From positions 3,072,001 to 3,136,000 of the forward strand of contig CBDCJV010000002.1 of the NCBI GenBank assembly GCA_965217895.1: a stretch of DNA of 64,000 nucleotides. The letters run 5' to 3'. The position numbers and the translations under genes are program-made. The notes under the pieces are model-generated. The model saw only the letters and a list, made by a program, of their open reading frames with translations, was not told the origin of the DNA and ran no database searches. Below, in pieces: positions 10,015 to 19,951 of this stretch; within the stretch, counting starts at the first letter, position 1, and each line of letters starts with the position of its first letter. This DNA is from Waterburya sp. GTDB taxonomy: Bacteria > Cyanobacteriota > Cyanobacteriia > Cyanobacteriales > Xenococcaceae.

Positions 10015-10386
10015 CTACTTTTTCTTAAGAAGATTTATTAATGCTCCATCAGCAGCACCAGAAACTGCATTGCCGACAAACGAACCATTGCCGAGAACTG
10101 CCCCTGTAGCTGCGTTTGTGCCTGCGCCAACCGCACTATCCTGCAGCAAACTATGATTTTTTTTACTGGAATTTTGGTGAGTTGCGTTAACCACAGCACC
10201 AGTTGCTGCACCGCCGACAGCGTTACCGACTGCCGAACCATTACCTAATATTTTACCAGTGACCACGTTAGCACCAGTACCTACTCCTAAATCTTGCAAA
10301 ATATTAGCACTGGCAGGTCTGGTATTCAATAAAGTGCTAACGGCAAGAACGACTGGCAAGACTAAGGCTTTTATGGTTCTGTTCAT
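10015..10386 (-). CDS. Small secreted glycine-zipper protein with two internal repeats
   Basis: Signal peptide ending PASA; two copies of LQDxxVGxGxNxxTGxxLGNGSxVGNAVxGAAxGAxxN. Confidence 0.75.
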   Translation of the reverse strand: MNRTIKALVLPVVLAVSTLLNTRPASANILQDLGVGTGANVVTGKILGNGSAVGNAVGGAATGAVVNATHQNSSKKNHSLLQDSAVGAGTNAATGAVLGNGSFVGNAVSGAADGALINLLKKK

Positions 10387-10527
10387 GATTTACCTCGTTC
10401 AAAATACTTCAACACTTCATTTTTAGTTTAAGAACCGCAAATGACATACAGGTGTCACTTAATATGTCAATTATCTAAAATTTGGCTAGACAATTAAAAT
10501 TAATCAGCTTCAAAAACTCAAGCAATG

Positions 10528-10561
10528 GCGATCGCGCTTGCCATGCCGTCAAGCTTATCGC
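10528..10561. repeat. HIP1-associated small insertion
   Basis: GCGATCGC + GCTTGCCATGCCGTCAAGCTT (21 nt) + ATCGC. Confidence 0.5.
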
Positions 10562-10574
10562 CCTCAAACATCTC

Positions 10575-10588
10575 GTATTCTAATATAC
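10575..10588 (+). promoter_or_regulatory. Possible NtcA box upstream of nucleobase permease
   Basis: GTA-TTCTAATA-TAC fits GTA-N8-TAC; no clean TAN3T -10 box at the canonical spacing. Confidence 0.35.
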
Positions 10589-10700
10589 AAAAAATTAGCA
10601 GCCAAAAGAATATATATAAAAGAGTATACAGTATCCGATATGTCAACTCCTAAGTGTTGCGATCGCTTAATTACCTCAACTTAATTACTAACATATTCAG

Positions 10701-12174
10701 ATGACTCACACAGATGTTCATCAAGAAGGTCATAGCCTGGTAGAATTCCGTTCCCGTCTATTGTATGGCTTAAATGATCGACCTCCATTCAAAGACTCTA
10801 TTTTCGTAGGCTTACAGCACGTTTGCGCTATTTTCATTCCGATTGTAACTCCAGGCTTGCTGATTACGGAGGCATTAGGACTCGATCCAGCTAGAGCTAG
10901 TTATATTTTGGGTATGGCTTTATTCGTTTCAGGGCTTGGTACCTTTATTCAAGTAAATCGATTAGGACCGATTGGCTCTGGTTTGCTTGCCGTTCAAGGA
11001 ACCAGCTTTGCCTTTGTCACGCCAGTTTTGGCAATTGTGTCTACCTCTTTAGCAGCAGGTAAAACGCCCGAAGCAACGCTATCATTAATTTTGGGGCTTT
11101 GTTTCTTGGGATCTTTTATTCCAATCGTCCTCAGTCGCTTTTTGCATCTCACTCGCCAGATTTTCACTCCCCTAGTAACTGGGACTGCCGTGACGCTGAT
11201 TGGATTAACCTTAATCAAGGTTGGTATGTTTTACATGGCAGGGGGCGGGAAAGGCACAGGCGATCGCCCAAACCAACCCAAACAGCCCTCAAGCGTTCGG
11301 TAGTTTGCAGAATTGGGCATTGGCAGTTTCTGTCTTTGCCATTGTCGGAGTTTGCAGTGCTAGTGCTAATCGTTATCTGCGCATGAGTTCAGTGATTATT
11401 GGCTTATTTGTTGGTTTTATTGTTTCGATCTTTTTAGGGATTGCTGACTTTAGCAAGTTAGAAACCCTGCCACTGGTAAATGTTCCGATTCCGTTCCGAT
11501 TTGGTCTAGACTTCAACTTTGTGACATTCATCTCCTTCGCTATCATTTACATCGCTCTTACCCTGGAAGTTTTGGGAGATATTACAGCGACATCAATGGT
11601 TTCATCAGAGCCGATTGAAGGATCGATCTATATCCGCAGGCTCAAAGGAGGCATTTTAGGGGATGGAGTCAATTCGCTGATTGCTTCCATTTGCGGCTCA
11701 TTTCCGATCGTTACCCCTGCTCAGAATAATGGGATTATTCAGCTTACGGGTGTGGGCAGTCGCTATGTAGGCTACTATATTGCTGTTATTCTAATGCTTC
11801 TTGGTTTATTTCCTCTGGTGGGAGGCGTGTTGCTAGCCATTCCCACTTCTGTATTTGGGGGAGCAGTCATGCTGATGTTTGGTACGGTAGCGGTAGCGGG
11901 TTTTAACATCCTACGCTCCATTGACCTTGATAACCGTGCCTTTATTATTCTGGCAATTTCTTTGGCAGCCGGTTTGGGTGTTACTTTTCTTCCAGAAGCA
12001 CTCGAACATTTCCCTGCTGCCGTTCGGAGTGTTTTAGAGTCAGGAATTGCGACAGGTTCTATTTGCGCCCTAGTTCTCAATTTAGTAATGCCGAGAGTGC
12101 CAGAGGAAACCCTAGCGGTGGCAACACATCCAACTGCTGAAGAATCTACCGTACCAATAGAATCAAAAGAATAG
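10701..12174 (+). pseudogene. NCS2/NAT uracil-xanthine permease split by a 1-nt frameshift near 11241-11253
   Basis: N-half GLQH..QGTSFAF..FTPLVTG; C-half NAT signature QNNGIIQLTG; removing one base joins ...MAGGGK to AQAIAQ... Confidence 0.85.
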
Positions 12175-12218
12175 CACTGGACACTTCTGGCTTTATGTTG
12201 AACTATTCATGATGCTGA

Positions 12219-12249
12219 TGTCCTTAAGACCGTATATATCTTAAGGACA
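12219..12249. terminator. Hairpin between convergent genes, possible bidirectional terminator
   Basis: Perfect 11-bp stem TGTCCTTAAGA/TCTTAAGGACA, 9-nt loop. Confidence 0.5.
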
Positions 12250-12254
12250 GTTAC

Positions 12255-13526
12255 TCAAGATACTTTGGCGATCGCTCTTTCTAATATAGTCGCAGCCTCG
12301 TCAACTTCGGCGGACGAAACTATTAAAGGAGGAACAAAACGCAATACTTTTGTACCTGCGGGGGCAAGGAGTAAACCCTCTTCCATTGCTGCTTTAACTA
12401 AATTAATCGAGGTCAGATCGAGATCGGCACGTAATTCGATGCCGTTGATCAAGCCCCAACCCCGCACCTCAGTAAACAAGGAGGGATATTTTTTGGCGAT
12501 CGCTCTTAGCCTGACTCTTAACTGTTCGCCTCTTGCCTGAACATTGTGCAAAATACCTTCATTTTCTATAGTCTTCAATACGGCTAAAGCAGATGCACAG
12601 GCGAAAGGATTGCCGCCAAAGGTACTGGCGTGATTACCTGGCTCAAATGCTGCACAGGAATCTTTACAGAGCATTGCACCAATGGGAATGCCTCCTGCTA
12701 AACCTTTGGCACTAGTTAAAATATCTGGTTCAACCCCCAACTTCTCGTAACCCCAAAGCTTGCCACTTCTGCCAACGCCGACTTGGACTTCATCAAATAC
12801 CAACAGAATATTATTTTCATCACAGATTTTCCGTAGCTTGAGGAAATATTCTAACTCTCCTGGACGCACGCCGCCTTCACCCTGTAAAGGTTCGATCATA
12901 ATGCCTACTACGCGACTTAAAGTACCTTCATCGAGATCGGCGATCGCATTTTCCACTGCCGTAATATCGTTGTAGGGAACATAGGCAAATCCAGTGGGTA
13001 ATGGCGTAAAGCCCTTTTGATATTTTTCTTGTCCTGTGGCGGTAACGGTTGCTAAAGTACGCCCGTGAAAACTAGCTTTTGCGGTGAGAATAATTGGCTG
13101 TTCAACTTTATCTAAAACAGTGTGGGCATACTTTCTGACTAACTTAATTGCTGCTTCGTTAGCTTCTGCCCCAGAATTGCAGAAAAATACTTTATCCATA
13201 CAGGAATTATTAACTAACCATTCTGCTAATTCTCCCTGTTCGGGAATATAATACAGATTAGAGACGTGGTGTAGCTTGTTGATTTGTTCTGTTACCGCAG
13301 CAATCAAAGCAGGATGAGCATGACCCAAGGTACAGGTAGCAATCCCTGCCACAAAATCAAGATACTCTTTTCCAGTTGTATCCCAAAGACGACAGCCCTC
13401 TCCACGCTCAATCGCAATGGGAAAACGACCATAGGTTGGCATCACGCTTTTATCAAAGCGATCGCGATCAAATTCAGTATTCTGCAAGATAGTTAGAGAA
13501 TTGTCTATAGGTGGGGATTGAACCAT
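12255..13526 (-). CDS. argD: Acetylornithine aminotransferase
   Basis: YLDFVAGIA, NSGAEANEAA, FHGRT, DEVQVG, SAKGLAGG, HASTFGGNP; ATG 13526 preferred. Confidence 0.93.
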   Translation of the reverse strand: MVQSPPIDNSLTILQNTEFDRDRFDKSVMPTYGRFPIAIERGEGCRLWDTTGKEYLDFVAGIATCTLGHAHPALIAAVTEQINKLHHVSNLYYIPEQGELAEWLVNNSCMDKVFFCNSGAEANEAAIKLVRKYAHTVLDKVEQPIILTAKASFHGRTLATVTATGQEKYQKGFTPLPTGFAYVPYNDITAVENAIADLDEGTLSRVVGIMIEPLQGEGGVRPGELEYFLKLRKICDENNILLVFDEVQVGVGRSGKLWGYEKLGVEPDILTSAKGLAGGIPIGAMLCKDSCAAFEPGNHASTFGGNPFACASALAVLKTIENEGILHNVQARGEQLRVRLRAIAKKYPSLFTEVRGWGLINGIELRADLDLTSINLVKAAMEEGLLLAPAGTKVLRFVPPLIVSSAEVDEAATILERAIAKVS

Positions 13527-13660
13527 TAGTTGCTCCTGGATAAAAATTATTTTTTGAGAAAAATACATTTAAAATGGCAGTTGTTATCTGATATCACTCT
13601 TGATTGTTTTGTTCAAAAATCAGACCTGCATCTTAATGTAATCAATTTTAGGCACAACTG

Positions 13661-14758
13661 TTGTCAAAAATCAGCAGCCAATTTTACATGTATAGTTATA
13701 CATTTGAGGAAAAGTATGGTCGTTTACGAAAAGAGTTAATACGGGGAGGTGTCGTATTAGCGAGTATTTTATTAATTGGGACTCTTTGGTACTGGAAAGT
13801 TGAGAAGTGGACTTTTATTGAATCAGCCTACATGACCGTAATTACCCTATCCACGGTGGGGTATTCTGAGACTCATCCATTAGGAGAAAGAGGGCGATTA
13901 TTCACCATTACTCTAATTTTAATGGGGTTATTCACCATTGCTTATATCGTTAATCGTTTTACCGAAGCTTTAATTCAGGGATATTTTCAAGAAGGCATCA
14001 AACTAAGACAGGAGAAGAGTTTGATTGAATCTCTAGATCAACACTATATTGTTTGCGGTTTTGGGCGTACTGGTCGTCATGTCGCCCGTGAATTTTTAGC
14101 CGAGGGTATTCCCTTTATTGTTATTGACGACAACATCGAAGAAGTAGAAGAAATTAAACAGTTAGGATACACGGTGATTTTAGGTGACGCTACTTTAGAT
14201 GAATCCTTGGTGCGTGCCAAAATTGATCGAGCAATTTGTATGGTAACGGCACTGCCTTCAGATGCTGAAAATCTCTATACAGTTTTGTCAGCCAAAACCC
14301 TTAATCCGCGTATCAGAGCGATCGCTCGTGCCAGTAATGAAGAAGCGGTACAAAAGTTACAGAGGGCGGGGGCAGATGCGGTAGTTTCCCCTTACATTAC
14401 AGGGGGAAAAAGACTGGCAGCAGCAGCATTAAGACCTCAGGTAATGGACTTTGTTGATGGTATTATTACAGGGTCTAATCGTTCTTACTATCTCGAAGAA
14501 TTTCTCATTGATTCTGAAGCCTGTCCTTTTGTGGGTCAAAGTTTGCGAGAGGCTAAACTGCGATCGCAGACAGGGGCTTTAGTATTGGCAATTCGCCGTT
14601 TTGATGGCAACTTAATTGCTGGTCCAACGGGAGATACTCTTATTTTAGAACGAGACGCTTTAATCTGTATGGGAACAGCAGATCAGCTACGAGATTTAAA
14701 CAAAATTTTAGGTCCAATTAATTCAACTAATGCCCTGAGATTGCCGAAAAATCAATAA
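13661..14758 (+). CDS. Potassium channel protein with TrkA-N/TrkA-C (RCK) domains; start may be ATG 13688
   Basis: TLSTVGY pore helix/filter, VCGFGRTG Rossmann motif, C-terminal RCK-C. Confidence 0.9.
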   Translation: MSKISSQFYMYSYTFEEKYGRLRKELIRGGVVLASILLIGTLWYWKVEKWTFIESAYMTVITLSTVGYSETHPLGERGRLFTITLILMGLFTIAYIVNRFTEALIQGYFQEGIKLRQEKSLIESLDQHYIVCGFGRTGRHVAREFLAEGIPFIVIDDNIEEVEEIKQLGYTVILGDATLDESLVRAKIDRAICMVTALPSDAENLYTVLSAKTLNPRIRAIARASNEEAVQKLQRAGADAVVSPYITGGKRLAAAALRPQVMDFVDGIITGSNRSYYLEEFLIDSEACPFVGQSLREAKLRSQTGALVLAIRRFDGNLIAGPTGDTLILERDALICMGTADQLRDLNKILGPINSTNALRLPKNQ

Positions 14759-14774
14759 AACCAATTATTTAGTT

Positions 14775-15446
14775 ATGACGCATATTTTGGTCGTAGAAGA
14801 TGAAGCTAAGTTGGCTCAGTTTATTAAGATGGAATTAGAGTTTGAAGACTATCAGGTAACCCATGCCGCCGATGGCTTTGCTGGCTTGTCTGCTGCTAGA
14901 GAAATTCAACCAGATTTGATTTTGCTTGATTGGATGTTGCCAGGAATCTCAGGACCCGAAATTTGCCGTCGTCTACGTCAGACAGGAGACAAAGTACCAA
15001 TTATTATGCTCACTGCCAAAGATGAAGTCAGCGATCGCGTTTCGGGTTTGGACGCTGGGGCTGATGATTATGTGGTTAAGCCTTTTAGCATCGAAGAGTT
15101 ACTGGCTAGAGTTAGAGCTAGTTTACGTCGTGAGCAAGAAGAGGAAACAGATTTAATTCAGTTTAGCAATCTTACCCTCAATCGTTCTACCCGTGAAGTA
15201 TTTCGCGATCGACGCTCTATTGAATTAACCGCAAAAGAGTTCGATCTACTAGAGTATTTGCTTTCCCATCCTCGTCAAGTATTAACCCGCGATCAAATTT
15301 TAGAAAGAGTTTGGGGTTACGATTTTATGGGGGACTCTAACATTATTGAAGTTTATATTCGCTACCTGCGCCTGAAGCTAGAAGAACAACAAGAACAGCG
15401 TCTGATTCAAACTGTACGCGGTGTGGGATATGTTTTGCGGGAGTAG
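14775..15446 (+). CDS. OmpR/PhoB-family response regulator (no kinase nearby)
   Basis: VVEDE, LLDWMLP, KPF, C-terminal wHTH VYIRYLR..TVRGVGY. Confidence 0.93.
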   Translation: MTHILVVEDEAKLAQFIKMELEFEDYQVTHAADGFAGLSAAREIQPDLILLDWMLPGISGPEICRRLRQTGDKVPIIMLTAKDEVSDRVSGLDAGADDYVVKPFSIEELLARVRASLRREQEEETDLIQFSNLTLNRSTREVFRDRRSIELTAKEFDLLEYLLSHPRQVLTRDQILERVWGYDFMGDSNIIEVYIRYLRLKLEEQQEQRLIQTVRGVGYVLRE

Positions 15447-15477
15447 TAATCATTGACCATTGATCAATAATTAAGTT

Positions 15478-15540
15478 GTAGGGTGGGCAGGAAAAATAAT
15501 TATGTTCTCAATCATTAAAGAATCGCTACCAATGCCCACC
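15478..15540. repeat. GTAG-type REP-like inverted repeat
   Basis: GTAGGGTGGGCA...TGCCCACC, next to heptamer repeats (CATTGAC, TAATCAG). Confidence 0.5.
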
Positions 15541-15660
15541 AAAGATATTCAGTCTCACTCAGCATCGAGATAATCAGTAATCAGTAATTTAGTTACCTGG
15601 ACTACCGAATTGTCTTTAAACTATAAAGAGAGATAATAGAAAAGATTATTTAAAAAAACT

Positions 15661-16656
15661 ATGGATTTAATTACCCTTGAAAGTATCTTAGACAATGCCT
15701 CCTTTGGAGTATTGTTAGTTACAATGCTGATTTATTGGACTGGGGCAGCTTTTCCCAATCTTCCTTATTTAAGCACTTTAGGAACTACGGGAATGGCGAT
15801 CGCTAACCTGTGTATGGCAACTTTACTAGGTTCTCGCTGGCTAGAAGCTGGTTATTTTCCCCTCAGCAATCTTTATGAATCCTTGTTCTTTTTGGCTTGG
15901 GGTGTGACGGCAATTCACTTTATTGCCGAAAAAATGAGTCGTAGCCGTTTGGTTGGTGTCGTTACTAGCCCTGTAGCAATGGGTATTACCGCATTTGCAG
16001 CCCTAAGTTTGCCTCTAGAAATGCAGGCATCTGCGCCGTTAGTACCTGCCTTAAAATCTAATTGGCTGATGATGCACGTTAGCGTGATGATGCTCAGTTA
16101 TTCTACTTTAATGGTAGGTAGCGCGATCGCGATCGGCTTTTTGATCATCACTCGTGGGCAAAAAGTTGAACTAAAAGGTAGTTCAGTTGGGACTGGTAGT
16201 TTCCGCGAGAGGGTAAAGCAAAAAACTGTCAATACTCCCGATCCAGACAAAGTTTTTGCCAGTACTTCTGGCAATACGGCAGTGCTTGATTTACCAAAGA
16301 CAATAACAAAAACAGCTACTCTTTCTCCAGAACGTCTCACTTTGGCTGATACCTTAGACAATATTAGCTATCGCGTTATTGGTTTAGGGTTTCCTTTATT
16401 AACTATTGGCATTATTGCTGGGGGAGTCTGGGCAAACGAAGCCTGGGGTTCATACTGGAGTTGGGATCCTAAAGAAACTTGGGCGTTCATTACTTGGTTG
16501 GTTTTTGCGGCATATCTCCACGCCAGAATTACCCGCGGCTGGCAGGGAAGAAAGCCTGCAATTTTGGCTGCTGTGGGCTTTGTGGTTGTCTGGGTGTGCT
16601 ATTTAGGAGTTAACTTACTAGGTCAGGGATTACATTCCTATGGTTGGTTTTTGTAA
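15661..16656 (+). CDS. ccsB: Cytochrome c biogenesis system II protein (CcsA/CcsB)
   Basis: [18 protein letters not shown] domain [18 protein letters not shown]. Confidence 0.93.
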   Translation: MDLITLESILDNASFGVLLVTMLIYWTGAAFPNLPYLSTLGTTGMAIANLCMATLLGSRWLEAGYFPLSNLYESLFFLAWGVTAIHFIAEKMSRSRLVGVVTSPVAMGITAFAALSLPLEMQASAPLVPALKSNWLMMHVSVMMLSYSTLMVGSAIAIGFLIITRGQKVELKGSSVGTGSFRERVKQKTVNTPDPDKVFASTSGNTAVLDLPKTITKTATLSPERLTLADTLDNISYRVIGLGFPLLTIGIIAGGVWANEAWGSYWSWDPKETWAFITWLVFAAYLHARITRGWQGRKPAILAAVGFVVVWVCYLGVNLLGQGLHSYGWFL

Positions 16657-16710
16657 AGCAGCAATGGGCAGACAGTAGACTTCTTGCACAAATCACAACC
16701 AACTACTTTA

Positions 16711-16932
16711 CGCTTAGTGTGAATTAGCTTCGTTTAAATTCGTTGGTTTTTAGCTTTTAGCAAACGCTGGAGCGTTTCGCCGTTGCCAAGCAACGTCGGC
16801 GTTCTCCAGAACGCGCTCTTAGCCACTATGAAAAAGTATAAAGTTTGACTTACTTAGCTACGTAAATACCAAATTTTAATAAACAGAACGTTCAATAGAG
16901 CCATTTTAAGGTTTTTCAATTCACACTAGACG
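16711..16932. mobile_element. MITE with imperfect TIRs and 7-bp target duplication
   Basis: CGCTTAGTGTGAATT...AATTCACACTAGACG flanked by TACTTTA on both sides (16704-16710, 16933-16939). Confidence 0.75.
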
Positions 16933-17324
16933 TACTTTACTAAGAGGCATTGGTGACACAAGGTTTGACTAAATCTTCTAATTGTTGCGAAATTACTTTG
17001 TTGTCTACATTCAGATTAGTTTTATTTTGAGGGTGATCTCTGATGCTTTTTTGCTGATGTGCCATTTCATTAAACCACGATCGCATGATTGCCAATCTGT
17101 TTTCACTATCCAGTCTAAAATGCTGCGAACTCTTCGATCTCAGTACATTTGACAAGTTGTACTTTTTTAACTTGTCACCAATGCTTATTACCAAACTGTA
17201 CCAGGGTGTACCTTACCAAACCGAGAATCGCTATACTATTCGGCAATCAATATAAAGATAAATGTATAGCAATGATGATTAGTGAGTAAATTGGGAATAA
17301 TCAGCTAGTTTGAAAAGATAATTT

Positions 17325-17382
17325 TGGCTATATATAGAGTAATATAAGCTCAATAATATTTTTATGACGCTACATATAGTTA
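17325..17382 (+). promoter_or_regulatory. Tandem NrdR boxes
   Basis: Cores CTATATATAG (17328-17337) and CTACATATAG (17370-17379) fit CwAtATaTwG, 42 bp apart, directly upstream of nrdA. Confidence 0.75.
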
Positions 17383-17440
17383 ATTTTGGGTTATAGTATA
17401 AACTCAGATCGGCTAAAAAAATTTCAGTCTCACATAACGT

Positions 17441-19933
17441 ATGCAGCCAACCCTACCTTTAACCAGCAACTCCGTATCTAACCCTACTTCAGATTCAGGT
17501 AGATCATCAACTACACTTGACCAACAAATCGATCTGGCTGAGAATTTAGAAAATAAATCATCTTCTCTACCAATCCCTGAAACAGACACTTCAAGCATCC
17601 AAGTGGTTAGAAGAGACGGTTCTTTGACAAACTTGAATATTACCAAGATTCGTTCGGTGGTGGAATGGGCTTGTGCCGAGCAAGATGTTAACTCGATCAC
17701 CCTGGAAGCAGGCTTAACTACCAGACTTCGCAATGGTGTAACCACTAGAGATATTCAAGATAACTTAATTGATTGCGCTTTGGGTATGTGTAGCCCCAGC
17801 GAACCTGAATGGCGATATGTAGCGGGTAGGCTGCATATTTGGAGTTTGTGGAAGGATACTCAGGTAGCCCGTGGGTTTGGCTATGGAGATTATGCTAGGG
17901 CAGTTCAATTTCAGATAGATAAGAAACGCTACGATCGCCATATTTTAAAATATTCTACGGCTGAACTAACCGAAGCTGGTAGTTGGATTAATCCTGAATG
18001 GGACAAAGATTATGATTATGCAGGGGCGGTTTTATTGACTAAACGCTATCTATTAACGGATGAACTTCCTCAAGAGGCTTTTCTTACCTGCGCTTTGTTG
18101 CTAGCTGCTAATGAAAAGCCAGAAATTAGATTAGCCGTTGCTAAAAAGTTTTATCGAGCGATCGCAGGGCGGAAAATTTCTTTGGCAACACCAATTCTAG
18201 CTAACTTAAGAGTACCGAATGGCTCATTAAGTAGCTGCTTTATTATTGCCATGGATGATAATTTAGAAAGCATTTTTGAGGAGATTACTAACGCAGCAAG
18301 AATTTCTAAAAATGGTGGTGGCGTTGGGGTAAACGTCAGCCGTATCCGCGCTACTGGTAGCTGGGTAATGGGGAAAGATAATGCTTCTGGAGGAGTTATT
18401 CCCTGGGTTAAGCTGCTCAACGATACAGCGATCGCCGTTAACCAGGGTGGGCGTAGAGCAGGTGCAGTTACTGTTGGTTTAGATATCTGGCATTTAGATG
18501 TACCTGAGTTTTTGGAAATGCAGGCGGAAAATGGCGATCGCCGTCGCAAAGCCTATGATGTTTTTCCTCAGTTGATAATTGTCGATGAGTTTATGCGTCG
18601 AGTAGAGGCAAAAGAACTCTGGACGCTAGTAGATCCTTATGAGGTTAAAGAGAAATTAGGCATTGACTTAGCCGAGCAATGGGGTGAAAATTTTAACGCG
18701 GTTTATGCTCGCATAGAAGCGGAACTAGCGAGCGACCCCCTAAAGGGTTCGACAGTTCCTACAACGGAGGAAACCTCCGCAACGGACTGTCTCACCGCGT
18801 CGCCGACAGGCTCAAGACAAAGGCTTAAGCCGCATGTACGCGCGAGTGATAAGAAAATTAAGCTATATAAGCAAGTAGATGCCCGCGAATTGTTTAAGCA
18901 TATTATGCGGAGTCAGGTTGAAACGGGAATGCCTTATCTAGCGTTCAAAGATACTATCAATCGAGCAAATCCGAATAAGCATGAAGGCTATATTCCTGGA
19001 GTAAACCTTTGCTGTGAGAGCTTTAGTAACGTCAAGCCAGGATTAGAGGCTCACTGCTGTAATTTAGTATCTCTTAATCTGGCTAATGTAGAGGAGGCAG
19101 AAATAGCGGAGATGTCTCAGCTAGCCGTCAGAATTTTAGACAATACCATCGATATAACTAAGCCTCCTTTTACCGATAGCAAAACCCACAACGATAAATA
19201 TCGCACTATCGGCGTAGGCTGTATGGGATTAGCTGACTGGTTGGCTAAACGCCACCTGACTTATGAAGGCCTAAAGGAAATCAGTTGTCTGTTTGAAGAG
19301 GTAGCTTACTGGTGTACTGCTGCTTCAATGGAATTAGCCAAAGATCGCGGTGCCTATGGAGCTTTTGCGGGTAGCGAATGGAGTCTGGGTAAATTGTTAG
19401 GCTCAAAGTCCTTAGATGAGATTCTCAATATTGCTCAGGATAAAGAACGCTGGGTGCAGCTAGCTCAAGATGTGCAAACTTACGGGATTCGTAATTCTCA
19501 TATTACAGCGATCGCGCCTAATACCTCGTCTTCTTTAGTGCAGGGCTGTACTGCCAGTATTTTGCCCGTCTATAGCAAGTTTTTTTACGATAAATGGGCA
19601 AAAGGAACAGTACCGATTGCTCCACCTTTTATTCAAGAATGTTTTTGGTTCTATCGTGAAAATAAAAGCTTAGATCAGAAAATTGTAGTCAAAGCTGTGG
19701 CGGTAATGCAGCAGTGGATTGATACAGGCATCTCTATGGAGTTACTGTTTAACCTTAATCAAGGAGTATATTTCCCAGATGAACCAGAAAGAGCAGTAAA
19801 AGCCAAAGACATTTTTGAAACTTTAGTAATGGCGTGGAAAGAAGGCTGTAAAGCTGTTTACTATGTCCGCACTGTGCAAAAAGACGATTTCAAAGAGTCT
19901 TCTAGCGAAGGCTGTGCAGCTTGCGCAAATTAA
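17441..19933 (+). CDS. nrdA: Class I ribonucleoside-diphosphate reductase alpha subunit with ATP cone and a 40-aa repeat-derived insert
   Basis: ATP cone VVRRDG, LSSCF, NLCCES, APNTSSS, YYVRT tyrosine pair, C-terminal CAAC. Confidence 0.93.
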   Translation: MQPTLPLTSNSVSNPTSDSGRSSTTLDQQIDLAENLENKSSSLPIPETDTSSIQVVRRDGSLTNLNITKIRSVVEWACAEQDVNSITLEAGLTTRLRNGVTTRDIQDNLIDCALGMCSPSEPEWRYVAGRLHIWSLWKDTQVARGFGYGDYARAVQFQIDKKRYDRHILKYSTAELTEAGSWINPEWDKDYDYAGAVLLTKRYLLTDELPQEAFLTCALLLAANEKPEIRLAVAKKFYRAIAGRKISLATPILANLRVPNGSLSSCFIIAMDDNLESIFEEITNAARISKNGGGVGVNVSRIRATGSWVMGKDNASGGVIPWVKLLNDTAIAVNQGGRRAGAVTVGLDIWHLDVPEFLEMQAENGDRRRKAYDVFPQLIIVDEFMRRVEAKELWTLVDPYEVKEKLGIDLAEQWGENFNAVYARIEAELASDPLKGSTVPTTEETSATDCLTASPTGSRQRLKPHVRASDKKIKLYKQVDARELFKHIMRSQVETGMPYLAFKDTINRANPNKHEGYIPGVNLCCESFSNVKPGLEAHCCNLVSLNLANVEEAEIAEMSQLAVRILDNTIDITKPPFTDSKTHNDKYRTIGVGCMGLADWLAKRHLTYEGLKEISCLFEEVAYWCTAASMELAKDRGAYGAFAGSEWSLGKLLGSKSLDEILNIAQDKERWVQLAQDVQTYGIRNSHITAIAPNTSSSLVQGCTASILPVYSKFFYDKWAKGTVPIAPPFIQECFWFYRENKSLDQKIVVKAVAVMQQWIDTGISMELLFNLNQGVYFPDEPERAVKAKDIFETLVMAWKEGCKAVYYVRTVQKDDFKESSSEGCAACAN
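18728..18847 (+). repeat. In-frame compound repeat inside nrdA
   Basis: GCGAGCGACCCC...GCGCGAG termini shared with 6278-6472 and 20055-20247. Confidence 0.85.
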
Positions 19934-19951
19934 TGTTTGTTGACTATCTTA

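Noticed and set aside
16940..17194. 84-aa minus-strand ORF divergent from nrdA
   Set aside because: No recognisable motif and a non-ATG start; cannot be supported
18728..18847. Intein or self-splicing intron in nrdA
   Set aside because: Only 120 bp; no His-Asn/Cys splice junction and too short for a group I or II core; matches intergenic repeats instead
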